Source of the DNA: a virus
Taxonomy: Duplodnaviria; Caudoviricetes
Length of the DNA stretch: 26,337 nt
Virus record (IMG/VR): IMGVR_UViG_3300044831_000083
Span: 1-26,337 of that record
Direction: 5' to 3' (one strand)
Made by a program: the position numbers and the translations under genes. Shown here piece after piece: positions 9,216 to 18,124 of this stretch. The notes under the pieces were generated by a model that saw only the letters and a program-made list of their open reading frames with translations, was not told the origin of the DNA and ran no database searches. Within the stretch, counting starts at the first letter, position 1, and every line of letters starts with the position of its first letter.

Positions 9216-9635
9216 CTATGGAATGACGATGTCGTGATACAGAAAGTCCACTTGCAACAATCTGCGATACACATACCCGCCTGAACTCTGCTCCAAGCCC
9301 AAGTCCATTTCCTTCACCGGATATGAACCCTGCACCACGGTTGTCCCTAACGAACCAGTGAGGTTCTGAACAAGCCTCTTCACCGTGTCTGAAACCTGAT
9401 TTGTTTTCGTGTAAGTGGCTGAGTAGCTGTCGAACTGCACTCTTTTTCTGTGGCCATTCAATACACCTTCAGCAGCAATAAAATCCTGCGTGTACACAAC
9501 TTGAAATACGAGCGCCGGGTCCGTCGGCTGCCCCTTTGGGACAAATCCTTTCCATATGTTGTTGGCGTTCCCGTCCAGAGCAGAGATCATGTCTAAGTTG
9601 GTGGACAGAAGCGTATAGAGATCGTTTTCAAGCAT
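9216..9635 (-). CDS. Tail terminator / tail completion protein (DUF3168-like)
   Basis: PALVFQVV, RVQFDSYSATY, YRRLLQVDF; position between the HK97 gp10-like gene and the tail tube gene. Confidence 0.8.
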   Translation of the reverse strand: MLENDLYTLLSTNLDMISALDGNANNIWKGFVPKGQPTDPALVFQVVYTQDFIAAEGVLNGHRKRVQFDSYSATYTKTNQVSDTVKRLVQNLTGSLGTTVVQGSYPVKEMDLGLEQSSGGYVYRRLLQVDFLYHDIVIP

Positions 9636-10082
9636 TTACTTATTCAGGGCTTCAATGGCAGCGGCTAGTTCCGTTTGAAATGCGGAAACGACTTCGTCTT
9701 TTTTGTTTTCGTAAGCCACACTGACAAATGGCTTTGCCGATTCGTGAACCGTTCCGAATTCGTGGAAGCGAGCAACTTCTGCTGCGTCGCGCTTCCGCTT
9801 CGATACATCGGGCGGATAAATATCCACGGTCGGCCCAATCGTGACTGCTATCGAGCCAGTCGATCCATCGTCATCACCGGCACCCGCTTTGCTGCGGATG
9901 CTTATGTGTTCGGAAAGAAAGTCCGTATCTTTTGGAGCAAGGCTTTCAATCTCTTCTTGAAACAAGACGGCTGATTTTCTTTCAGCACGTCGAAGCGCGG
10001 TCTTTGCTTGCTTAGGGGCCAACTCTGTCAGGAGTCGCTCCAAATCTTCCAAGCCGTCGATTTGACACACCACCTCTGCCAT
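9636..10082 (-). CDS. HK97 gp10 family phage morphogenesis protein
   Basis: IDGLEDLERLL, APKDTDFL and ARFHEFGTVHESAKPFV signature. Confidence 0.9.
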   Translation of the reverse strand: MAEVVCQIDGLEDLERLLTELAPKQAKTALRRAERKSAVLFQEEIESLAPKDTDFLSEHISIRSKAGAGDDDGSTGSIAVTIGPTVDIYPPDVSKRKRDAAEVARFHEFGTVHESAKPFVSVAYENKKDEVVSAFQTELAAAIEALNK

Positions 10083-10086
10083 GCCG

Positions 10087-10443
10087 CTACACTCGCTCGT
10101 AGCAGTACAAAGCCAAGTTGACTTTGCGTTCGTCAGGGTCTAACGCTGCCTGAATGTCGAAGATGCGGCCATCTGATAGCTGCACGAGATTGGCCGACGT
10201 GATACCGGGCATCCAACGGATCGTCACTTTATGTGTGGCTTCCGTGGTGACCGACTCGGGCTTTTCTATGTATTTCGAAGTCAGCGCATCCACGCGTCCC
10301 CAAACCGTTGCAACCAATTCATGCGCCTGGACGAATTCTCCGTCAGCATCTTTGCTTTGGCTGGCGGTCAACAACGCCACACGCTCTGTCATCGAACCGG
10401 CAGAGACATACGAGACGTTGTTGGATAGGCGTCGTGGCAACAT
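10087..10443 (-). CDS. Head closure (stopper) protein, SPP1 gp16-like
   Basis: AGSMTERVAL, VATVWGRV, THKVTIRWMPGIT, GRIFDIQA. Confidence 0.88.
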   Translation of the reverse strand: MLPRRLSNNVSYVSAGSMTERVALLTASQSKDADGEFVQAHELVATVWGRVDALTSKYIEKPESVTTEATHKVTIRWMPGITSANLVQLSDGRIFDIQAALDPDERKVNLALYCYERV

Positions 10444-10447
10444 CGGC

Positions 10448-10810
10448 TTAGTTGTAACGAACCACAGCGAACTTCAATTGAGCGCTGGAACTGGTCAGAA
10501 ACACGAGGCCGCTGGGCTGAATCCATCCTGCAAGCTGGCTCATCTGAATGGCGGCATTGCCACTGATGGCGACGGTATATGTGGTTAGGCTTGCGTCAGA
10601 ACGTCCAAGGGAGTCAGCAACGCTCGTAATACCGAAGGTGTGAGTGGCGGCGTTATCGGCATTCTGGATGTGCAGAATTTCCTTTCCCGTTGCCACGAAG
10701 CTGTTGCCGTTCGCGGTGTCGCTGGCGGTGTAAGTAATGGTCAAGTCTCCAGCCTGAACGCTGTAGTTGTTGGGGTGGAGCTGTTGAACGGTTAATGCGG
10801 TTTGTGGCAT
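10448..10810 (-). CDS. Hypothetical beta-rich virion protein (120 aa), possible decoration protein
   Basis: Good SD (AAGAGGT) and tight packing in the structural operon support the ORF. Thr/Ala/Ser-rich. Function is an inference. Confidence 0.7.
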   Translation of the reverse strand: MPQTALTVQQLHPNNYSVQAGDLTITYTASDTANGNSFVATGKEILHIQNADNAATHTFGITSVADSLGRSDASLTTYTVAISGNAAIQMSQLAGWIQPSGLVFLTSSSAQLKFAVVRYN

Positions 10811-10822
10811 GTGCGGTACCTC

Positions 10823-11572
10823 TTAGCCCCTTGAAGGGCTGAAATCGAAAATCGTGTTGCTGTTCAAAAGCTGTTCCACACTGTGTGGAACACTGCCCAC
10901 CTGTCCGGCTGCCACGGGTTCGCGATTGCTGTGCCAGTGATTAACCAGCATCAGAATTGCGACTCTCAGGGTTTGCGGTATTGCGAGTGCAACCACTGAG
11001 TCGGGCTGTTGTTTGGGCGGATTTGCCCCAACCGTATGTGTGTCAGGCGGTGCTCCCGGGTCCGGGTCATATCCTGCGGTGAAAGTGATTTCAACCGAGT
11101 TGGCTACATACAGGTCGGCTGGCCAAAACTGTCCAGGCAGTGGAAATATGCGCGCTGGTTCTGTAATACGATCCACGACAAAGTCTGTGTCTTGCTCCAG
11201 CGTCTGCGCTGTCCCGTCGGCTGCGATGTAACGCATTCCTTCCACGCTCTTCAGCGGTGGAAACGGAACCTTTATCATCTGGGAATAATTCCAGAGGGTT
11301 GTTGAGTAACGAGGAAGCGAATAATAGTTCGGTGGATATGCCTGCTGTGAAGCAATCGAATCCGTGTAATAAGGATGCGAGTCCATCACCATTACGAACT
11401 GGCGCTGTGCGAGAACACGCCCCGTCCACTTCTCACAGTAATCACGAGCGGCAGAGATCAACGCTGAGATAAGAGCATCGTCGTCGGCCCCTATAACCTT
11501 GCAAAAGTTCTTGGCTTCTCCCAATGACACGGGTTCGGATTCTGGTAATGCGATTTGCTTGACGTAGGACAT
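10823..11572 (-). CDS. Head-tail connector / adaptor (HK97 gp6 / phiE125 gp8-like), 249 aa
   Basis: EPVSLGEAKNFCKV..DDALISALISAARDYCEKWTGR, VEITFTAGY, AILMLVNHWHSNRE. Confidence 0.9.
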   Translation of the reverse strand: MSYVKQIALPESEPVSLGEAKNFCKVIGADDDALISALISAARDYCEKWTGRVLAQRQFVMVMDSHPYYTDSIASQQAYPPNYYSLPRYSTTLWNYSQMIKVPFPPLKSVEGMRYIAADGTAQTLEQDTDFVVDRITEPARIFPLPGQFWPADLYVANSVEITFTAGYDPDPGAPPDTHTVGANPPKQQPDSVVALAIPQTLRVAILMLVNHWHSNREPVAAGQVGSVPHSVEQLLNSNTIFDFSPSRG

Positions 11573-11602
11573 TCAGGCCACCACGCCGATTGGCGTAATG
11601 CG

Positions 11603-11632
11603 TGAAAGGGAGCCTGCTTGCGACTCCCTTCA
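11603..11632 (-). terminator. Stem-loop after the major capsid gene (weak intrinsic terminator or mRNA stabiliser)
   Basis: Minus strand GGGAGTC-gcaagca-GGCTCCC-TTTC, just downstream of the capsid stop; U-tract is short. Confidence 0.5.
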
Positions 11633-11648
11633 AGGTTGGGGGCTGTGA

Positions 11649-12989
11649 TTAGCCTTGTACCAAGTACTTCACTGGGTGAGTGCCTGCGTCCAAGAGATTG
11701 CCGTCGTAACGAGAGAAGCCGACGAAAGCAACCTGACCGAAGTCAGCGAAACGTTCATTCAAGCGAACGATAGAAACTTCCTTCACCTGACGAACCAAGT
11801 ATTTTTTGAGCTGTCCGAATAACACGGTCTTGTTCGTGGTGGCGATTTGAGCCATGTCGTTGTTGATGTAGTACGGATATCCCAAAATGGTGGATGGAAC
11901 ATCGGAAGCAAAGTCTCTTTGGAAAATCGGACGACCCTGCTTATCCAGCAATTCACGGATAGCCTTAAGGGTGCTGTCGTGCATCATGAATGCAGCTCCC
12001 TGACGGTAAACCGGATCAACGCTGTGGATGAGTTCGGTCAAGTCCTTGGTGCCAATGCTGTTTGCAGCAGTACCAGAACCACCGTCGTTACCAGAAGAAC
12101 CGATTGCGGTCGGGCCAACAGTTGCTGCGGTCACAATGCCCTTGGGTTCTGTCGTTCCTACTCCAACGGTGAACTTGGTGTTCAGGATGCGACCATTACG
12201 CTCGGCCATCTGGGCCTTTACGAATGCGTCGATATCGAATGCGGAATCCTGCAACAATTCGATGCTCACCTTAATCATGTTCGTGGTGAACTTGAAAGCA
12301 CCGAACGTCAAGCTGCCAATCGACATGTCAGTGCTTGAGGTCAACTGCGCGCCTTCAGCCAAGATCGCACCGACATTTGTGGTGTCGTTGCTGTTCGGAT
12401 AAGGCATCGGATTGCCCGAAGCGGTCTGCATGATCGTGGACGTAGACAACATCGGGCCGTAATACTTCATGGCCTGCTCGATGTCGTACACGTAGCCCTG
12501 CGGAACAAGGAAGCCGCCAAGGGTTGTGGTGCCAACACCAAGATCACGGAACTCAGAATTTCTGCCGGTCAGGATGTCTCGGTTTTCATTGCTCATTTGA
12601 CCGATGTCCTTGCAGAGATAATCTTTTAGGGCAGCGTTATAGGCAGCATTGCGCGCTTGAACTGTGCCGCGCATCTCTGCGGGAACTTCGTTCAGGTGCA
12701 AAGGCTTTACACCACTGTTATTAAAGAGAGCGCGATAGCTAGCGGCGGAGAGGGTGCTTTCGCTGGCTTCAGAGGCGATTGCATTTTCAGGTGGGCGTAC
12801 AGCGCGGGTTTCGGAAGCCAAGGCTTCAACTTTTTCAAGACGCTGGATGTCAGCGTGTAGGGCATCAGCGTGGATCATTAGGCTGTCAAATTTAGAGCGG
12901 GTCTCGGCAGTCATTTCGCCGTTAGCAATTGCTTCGGCGTCATAAATCAACTTGCCATGCTGCTCTCGCAGTTCACGAGTTTTACTCAT
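11649..12989 (-). CDS. Major capsid protein, HK97 family, with N-terminal delta (scaffold) domain
   Basis: Helical N-terminal region followed by GGFLVPQ, IKVSIELLQDSAFDI, LLDKQGRPIF, ILGYPYYINNDM, GQVAFVGFSRYDG. Confidence 0.97.
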   Translation of the reverse strand: MSKTRELREQHGKLIYDAEAIANGEMTAETRSKFDSLMIHADALHADIQRLEKVEALASETRAVRPPENAIASEASESTLSAASYRALFNNSGVKPLHLNEVPAEMRGTVQARNAAYNAALKDYLCKDIGQMSNENRDILTGRNSEFRDLGVGTTTLGGFLVPQGYVYDIEQAMKYYGPMLSTSTIMQTASGNPMPYPNSNDTTNVGAILAEGAQLTSSTDMSIGSLTFGAFKFTTNMIKVSIELLQDSAFDIDAFVKAQMAERNGRILNTKFTVGVGTTEPKGIVTAATVGPTAIGSSGNDGGSGTAANSIGTKDLTELIHSVDPVYRQGAAFMMHDSTLKAIRELLDKQGRPIFQRDFASDVPSTILGYPYYINNDMAQIATTNKTVLFGQLKKYLVRQVKEVSIVRLNERFADFGQVAFVGFSRYDGNLLDAGTHPVKYLVQG

Positions 12990-13186
12990 CTCCTTTCTCC
13001 CGGACGGATATGTCCGAATGGTGGATTTAGAATTTTGTGTTCACATTGCGAAGCCGGGTTACACGCGACAGGCGGGAACTGCTCGCTCTAGTTGGGTAAG
13101 CTTGCTATTCAAAGCAGTAGCATCCTACGCTTACAAAACTTGCTCACTTACAACTGTGCCGCGGAATTCCGCGAGATGCAAATACT

Positions 13187-13819
13187 TTATTTGCGTTTTG
13201 CAATTTCAACCTGCATTAACATCCGATCGCGATCATTCGTGTCCTGCACGACGGCAGGCGGTTCAACGACCTCTGCTGGCTGCTCCTTCGTGCGGAATTC
13301 CACCACTTCAGGAATGCCATCGGGCCACAATGAACGAACTGAAACGGACGTTGCCGGATATGCCGGAAACGGACAAACGGAGACCTCGAATACTTCACAG
13401 TCGGTTATGCTTCGGGTCATCGCTCCGCTATCGGAACGTGTCCAGTCATCTTGTAAGCAATAGAAACCGAAACTCATTCCCGTTACATCTCCGCGCTTCA
13501 CGAGCGTGGAAAGGTCACGAGCTGCGGATGTGTCGGGCAGGATGCATTCGTAATACAGACCTTTGTCATCTGCTCTCACCTGTAGCGTTCCGCTGCGTGT
13601 CCTGCCCAAGATTTGGCTGGTATCGTGGTTTATCAAACAGCGGATGTCGGGCTGTTCCCCAAGGCACCGGGTAAAGGCGCCTGGCGCAATGATTTCGGTG
13701 AAGCCCCCCAGGTCTTCTGACGGACTGTCAAAGACTGCTGCGTAACCGCTGAGGGTGTTGTTATCGCCTGAACGAATTTCTGCGACTGTGATGGTTCTAA
13801 ATTCTCTCCTGTTACTCAT
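13187..13819 (-). CDS. HK97 family prohead maturation protease
   Basis: GYAAVFDSPSEDLGGFTEIIAPGAF, LINHD (His), GMSFGF (Ser), EVSVCPFPAYPATSV. Confidence 0.96.
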   Translation of the reverse strand: MSNRREFRTITVAEIRSGDNNTLSGYAAVFDSPSEDLGGFTEIIAPGAFTRCLGEQPDIRCLINHDTSQILGRTRSGTLQVRADDKGLYYECILPDTSAARDLSTLVKRGDVTGMSFGFYCLQDDWTRSDSGAMTRSITDCEVFEVSVCPFPAYPATSVSVRSLWPDGIPEVVEFRTKEQPAEVVEPPAVVQDTNDRDRMLMQVEIAKRK

Positions 13820-15710
13820 TTATGGCCTCGGCCTTGGCTTTCTTGATCGCCATGGTCTTTGAAACTGACAGGTGGATTGCTCCAAGTGCTCTGCGCAACT
13901 CGGCTGATGATTGTTCGTCGGCATCGTCACGGCTCCAATTGGTTGAACGTTTCTCCATCGCCCCGGTGAAATCCTTGACGAACTTGGCTGTATCGGCTGG
14001 CAATGCGTCCCCAGGCTGGTAAGCGCGATCGGCTTGGCTGTAAATCATGTCTGCGACAGCGAATAAAACTGGTTCGAAAGTACGCTGAAACGCCTTGGTA
14101 TCTGGCTTTTCACGAGCCAATATCCTTCCAACTGCGTCCCTAAACAGGCGGGAATATAGAGGAAACAGGCTGTTAACTTCTGCGTCCGGGTCCGTCGATG
14201 GCTGTGCCTCGCCTGTCGTGTCTGTAGCAGGTTGTTCTTCGGTCGGGTCTGTTGAGCCAGTCGGATCGGTACCTGAAGGCTTATTCGGATCATTGGGGTG
14301 TTGCGGATTGTCCGGGGTCACGACAGGGTTCTCGATGTCCTGCATGTTCACAGGAACCAAGTGCTTTTCTGCCCAAGGTTCATCAATGGGGTTCCTGCCT
14401 TCAAGTTCCAAGATGTCGTTAATGCAGAAAGCGCCGGTGCCCCACATCGTCTTGTAATACGCTTCACGATCTGCGGCGGTTGGCCGTAATAGGTTATGCA
14501 GATCAAAATCGATAAAGAAGGCGTTCTTCTTTGGCTTCCTTCCGGTGGCGGCAATCGTCGGATTCGGGAATAGCTTGCGCTTGAATTCAGTCTTGAGGGC
14601 TGCCAACCACGGCTGCAAACAAATGGTCAGGAATTCTTGCCCCTGCTGTTCCGTGGTGGACTTGGTGCTGGAAGTGTCGCCCACCATATGAGGCGGTACG
14701 TGGAACATCGTTGCGATTTCAATGACGATGTTCTTACGAGTCTCGATCATCTGCGAGTCTTGCGGATTGTTCGAGATGGGAGTGAACTTCGTGCCGATTC
14801 TCATTACGGCAATGCGGTGCGAGTTCTCGCCACCTTGGGCTTCCATCCATGAACGCCTGGTCTGCTCAACGTCTTGTGGCGGTGCAGGCGGCATTTCGAG
14901 GATGCCCGTAGGCTTGGCGTAGTTAGCGAAATACTTTGCGCTGAATTTGCTCGTTGCTAATGCAAGACCGAGGGTGTCGCGCGCTAGCCATACAAGCGAC
15001 TGAGCACAGCGACCATCGAATGACATTCCTTGCAGGTGCAGCATGTCTTCTTTGGCAATCAGGCGAGTCGGCTGTGAAGACGCGCCGGGTTCAGAGAGGT
15101 CTAGACCGCTAACGCCATCAGTCGTCTCATAAACCATGTCGCCAGCTTGAAGCGATACGGGAAACGGTCTCCAAGGAACTGGCGGAAGTGTGACGGCCTG
15201 GGTCAGGAACTTGGGTCGGGTCTTGCTTGGGTTGCGCGGCCAGATGGCGACTACGCCATTGGCTTTGTCGCGTTGGATTTCGCCATATGCGTTACCCCAC
15301 ACCAGAGCGTGAAGCATGTACGCCTGTATGAAGGTGTTCCACGACATGTCCTCATTGGGTTCGGTAAACAGCTCACAGAGGTCGTGGTCATAGGCCGGTC
15401 GGTTTACTTTGCGTCCCGATTGCAGGAAACTGCGCTCGTAAATGTTCGCTGGCAAGGACGCAATCGCCTTCGAGATGAGATCGACGCAAGCCAGGAAGGT
15501 GGAAATTCCGAACGCGCTCAGTTCACTTACGCGGATGCCCGAGTCCGTTCGACCACCATTGAAAATATCCAGCAACCACTCGCTGGGAAATCCCAAGGTC
15601 GTCTGCGGGTTCTCTAGGCTGCTACGCTGTTCTGTGCTGCGGTTCGTTCGTTCGATCAAACTCCTTTCTTCGTTTATCAAGTTGGCAAAGATGCCTGTCA
15701 TTAGTGCCAT
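13812..15710 (-). CDS. Portal protein, HK97 family, with ~170-aa C-terminal extension (632 aa)
   Basis: ACVDLISKAIASLP, PNEDMS, LVWGNAY, YFANYAKPTGIL, EIATMFHVPPHMVG, INDILELEGRNPI; lies between terL and the protease gene. Confidence 0.95.
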   Translation of the reverse strand: MALMTGIFANLINEERSLIERTNRSTEQRSSLENPQTTLGFPSEWLLDIFNGGRTDSGIRVSELSAFGISTFLACVDLISKAIASLPANIYERSFLQSGRKVNRPAYDHDLCELFTEPNEDMSWNTFIQAYMLHALVWGNAYGEIQRDKANGVVAIWPRNPSKTRPKFLTQAVTLPPVPWRPFPVSLQAGDMVYETTDGVSGLDLSEPGASSQPTRLIAKEDMLHLQGMSFDGRCAQSLVWLARDTLGLALATSKFSAKYFANYAKPTGILEMPPAPPQDVEQTRRSWMEAQGGENSHRIAVMRIGTKFTPISNNPQDSQMIETRKNIVIEIATMFHVPPHMVGDTSSTKSTTEQQGQEFLTICLQPWLAALKTEFKRKLFPNPTIAATGRKPKKNAFFIDFDLHNLLRPTAADREAYYKTMWGTGAFCINDILELEGRNPIDEPWAEKHLVPVNMQDIENPVVTPDNPQHPNDPNKPSGTDPTGSTDPTEEQPATDTTGEAQPSTDPDAEVNSLFPLYSRLFRDAVGRILAREKPDTKAFQRTFEPVLFAVADMIYSQADRAYQPGDALPADTAKFVKDFTGAMEKRSTNWSRDDADEQSSAELRRALGAIHLSVSKTMAIKKAKAEAINE

Positions 15711-15720
15711 TCGGTTTTAC

Positions 15721-17436
15721 CTACCACCATTGCATTTCAAACGGTGCTTGCTGCACTGGTATGTTGAGAGTGCGGTTGATTGCCATCAATAGCGCAACCA
15801 CTGGGTCAATCTTGTTTTCTTGGTGTTCTTTGTTCGGGAACAAGTTGTCGTTTTTGTCGGGATGACAGACCACGTTCGAGATCGCCCACGTCAAAACTGG
15901 ATCACCATCAAAATGAAGACGCTTGTCATAAACAGCGGCCTCAAGTTCTTTCATTGCAGGACTGAAGTAAACAGTCCGCTGGGGAACCTCAATCATCTGG
16001 AAGCCTTCGGGCAGAAGGTGGTTCACGATGCTGGTGGCGTTGTATTGGTCGTGCGCGACTTCCTGAACGTAAAAGCGCTTTGCCCAATCCCTAATGTGTT
16101 CTTCGACGGTGTCGTAGTCGTTCGTCTCGCCTGGACAGGTTTCAATCCATCCGTCATTTGCCCATGCTGCATACTGTGCGTGTTTCGCCAGCTCGATTCT
16201 TTCTTGAGGCAGCATGTTGATGCCGAACACGTAGTAATGGCGCTTCATCTGCTTGGTCTTGATATCGCCAAGGTCTCGCCAAAACACTCGCATCAGTGAC
16301 AACAGGTCGAGCTTCGATGCCAAATCCATTCCGACAATGCAGGGCTGTGTCTCGAAATCCACGTCCGATAAATCGGGATCGGCACACGCTTCCCATTTCC
16401 TCATGTCCATCCAAGCGTGATCTGTGCTCGTCCACAGGTTCAGGTGTTTTTGCTGGAATGCTGGCTGGGACGACGATTGCTGCATCGCCTTATTTGCCTT
16501 CAGCCCAATGTCTTCAGGCGATACACAAACACCCCAATTCGGGTTGGCCTTGCGCCACACTCCGGGACCGGCTGCCCAATCGTCCTCATCGTCAATCGTC
16601 CAGATACAGCCGAACACCGATTCATCCTGAAAAACTTTCTCCAGAATCTTCACGATGTAGTTGCGAACGTCGTAGCAAACACCGGCCCGGTTGCTCCCTG
16701 CCGTGGTGATGGCAAAAAGCATTGACCCATCACGCTTGCCGTTGGCCGTGTCGAGGTTGTCGTACAGCTCGCGGGTCTGGTGGGCATGAAGTTCGTCCAC
16801 ACAGATGAAATAAGGGTTGATACCCTCAACTGTTCCCGCTTCACTTGATACCGGTCGAAAGAATGAAGCGGTTGCCGTCTGGTTGATGCTGTGGGCTGCT
16901 ACGTCAATGTCGGCACGACTGCAAAACTCAGGCATCTTTCGGAGCATTGCCTGGGAAACGTTGAACAGCAGATTCGCTTGTGCTCTAGACGTGGCGGCAC
17001 AATAAACTTCTGCGCCGGGCTCGTCATCCCCAAACGCCATGTAGTTGCACAGCGCGGACATCAATGGGGTCTTGCCGTTGCCCTTTGCGACTTCGATATA
17101 ACAACGCCTGAAACGTCTGAGGTCGGTTGTCTTGTTGAGCCAGCCGAATGCCGTTGTCAGAACGAAACATTGCCAACCCTCCAAACGGATCGGCGTATTC
17201 GCAAACTTCTTCCCCTTGATGTGTGGGTTCTTTTCAACGTACCGACACACCTTGCTGGCCTTTTCGATATTGAAGCGATAGGGCCAGGCCGGGTCTTGCT
17301 GCTTTTCTAAGTCCTCAAGTTGGCGTTCACACGCTCTCTTGGTGAATTTGCAGGCAGGAACGGTGCCGTTCAAAACATCCGCGATGTACTGATTGGCCGA
17401 CTCTACATAGTTTTTTGAGGTAGGAACTCCGCCCAT
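15721..17436 (-). CDS. terL: Terminase large subunit (571 aa)
   Basis: Walker A YIEVAKGNGKT, Walker B FICVDELHAH, ITTAG, nuclease motifs GMDLASKLDL and KIDPVVA. Start moved to ATG 17436, overlapping the terS end. Confidence 0.97.
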   Translation of the reverse strand: MGGVPTSKNYVESANQYIADVLNGTVPACKFTKRACERQLEDLEKQQDPAWPYRFNIEKASKVCRYVEKNPHIKGKKFANTPIRLEGWQCFVLTTAFGWLNKTTDLRRFRRCYIEVAKGNGKTPLMSALCNYMAFGDDEPGAEVYCAATSRAQANLLFNVSQAMLRKMPEFCSRADIDVAAHSINQTATASFFRPVSSEAGTVEGINPYFICVDELHAHQTRELYDNLDTANGKRDGSMLFAITTAGSNRAGVCYDVRNYIVKILEKVFQDESVFGCIWTIDDEDDWAAGPGVWRKANPNWGVCVSPEDIGLKANKAMQQSSSQPAFQQKHLNLWTSTDHAWMDMRKWEACADPDLSDVDFETQPCIVGMDLASKLDLLSLMRVFWRDLGDIKTKQMKRHYYVFGINMLPQERIELAKHAQYAAWANDGWIETCPGETNDYDTVEEHIRDWAKRFYVQEVAHDQYNATSIVNHLLPEGFQMIEVPQRTVYFSPAMKELEAAVYDKRLHFDGDPVLTWAISNVVCHPDKNDNLFPNKEHQENKIDPVVALLMAINRTLNIPVQQAPFEMQWW

Positions 17437-17810
17437 TCGTCTTGAACCTGCTCGGCTGGCTGCGGTACTGCGGTCACCTTCGCTCTGTCGGCTGGAGTCA
17501 TCCCCAGCTTGCCAAGCAAACTCAACAGCAATTGCACTTCCTGCGTTTTGATTTCTCTCTTTCTCTGCTTTGCCATCAATGTGCAAGCGGTTTCGACTGC
17601 CCAACGATCACTGTTTGCGAGAACACCCGGCAGACACATTTCCTTTAGCTCTTTCCAAATCTTTCTTTCGTCTTTGGTGAAGTAGCTGGGTGCATTCCCC
17701 AACTCGCCTGATGGCTTGGGTTCATTCGCACGAGCGCGACGCCTCTCAGGGTGTTTGATAAACGCCCCTCTGGCTTCGAGAATGGCTAACGGTGTCGGTG
17801 GTCTTGGCAT
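17403..17810 (-). CDS. terS: Terminase small subunit, P27 family
   Basis: MPRPPTPLAILEARG, EPKP..APSYF..IWKEL, LGMTPADRAKV; immediately upstream of terL. Confidence 0.9.
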   Translation of the reverse strand: MPRPPTPLAILEARGAFIKHPERRRARANEPKPSGELGNAPSYFTKDERKIWKELKEMCLPGVLANSDRWAVETACTLMAKQRKREIKTQEVQLLLSLLGKLGMTPADRAKVTAVPQPAEQVQDEWAEFLPQKTM

Positions 17811-17849
17811 AATTCGTCTTCTGAAACACTCATCGTTGCGCTTATGGTT

Positions 17850-17923
17850 ATGGAGACACGCGCAAAAAAGGGGAATGTCGGCACGGGAGGTATTTGCTTT
17901 TAGAAAATGACCCCCTATCCCCC
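17850..17923 (-). other. Candidate cos (packaging) region
   Basis: Non-coding stretch upstream of terS. Minus strand GGGGATAGGGGGTCATTTTCT...GTGCCGACATTCCCCTTTTTTGCGCGTG resembles the G-run / T-run layout I recall around cos sites of HNH-assisted HK97-like phages. Exact cut site not determinable. Confidence 0.45.
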
Positions 17924-17932
17924 GTTACTCGG

Positions 17933-18124
17933 TTATTTGTTTTCGAGCGGCTTACCCTGCCCGACCTTGGTTGCTATCTCTTCCAACAGCTCAATGATGC
18001 GAAGCTGCCTTGCTCGGTCGGCGGCTGGACTGATGTCATGCAGTGCTGTCGTCTCGTACCGTGGGGCATTGCTTGGCACAGGCCCAGGAATCCCTGTTGC
18101 GGTTTCTGTTCTGCGTTTACTCAT
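17933..18124 (-). CDS. Small hypothetical phage protein (63 aa)
   Basis: ATG overlaps the upstream stop (TAATG); MSKRRTETATG...RYETTAL. Confidence 0.6.
   Translation of the reverse strand: MSKRRTETATGIPGPVPSNAPRYETTALHDISPAADRARQLRIIELLEEIATKVGQGKPLENK

Noticed and set aside
12952-13674. 240-aa plus-strand ORF
   Set aside because: Antisense to the protease gene, with Cys/Arg/Ser-rich non-protein-like composition.
17437-17604. Extended terL N-terminus in the track
   Set aside because: Lies inside terS in another frame; ATG 17436 gives the usual short terS/terL overlap.
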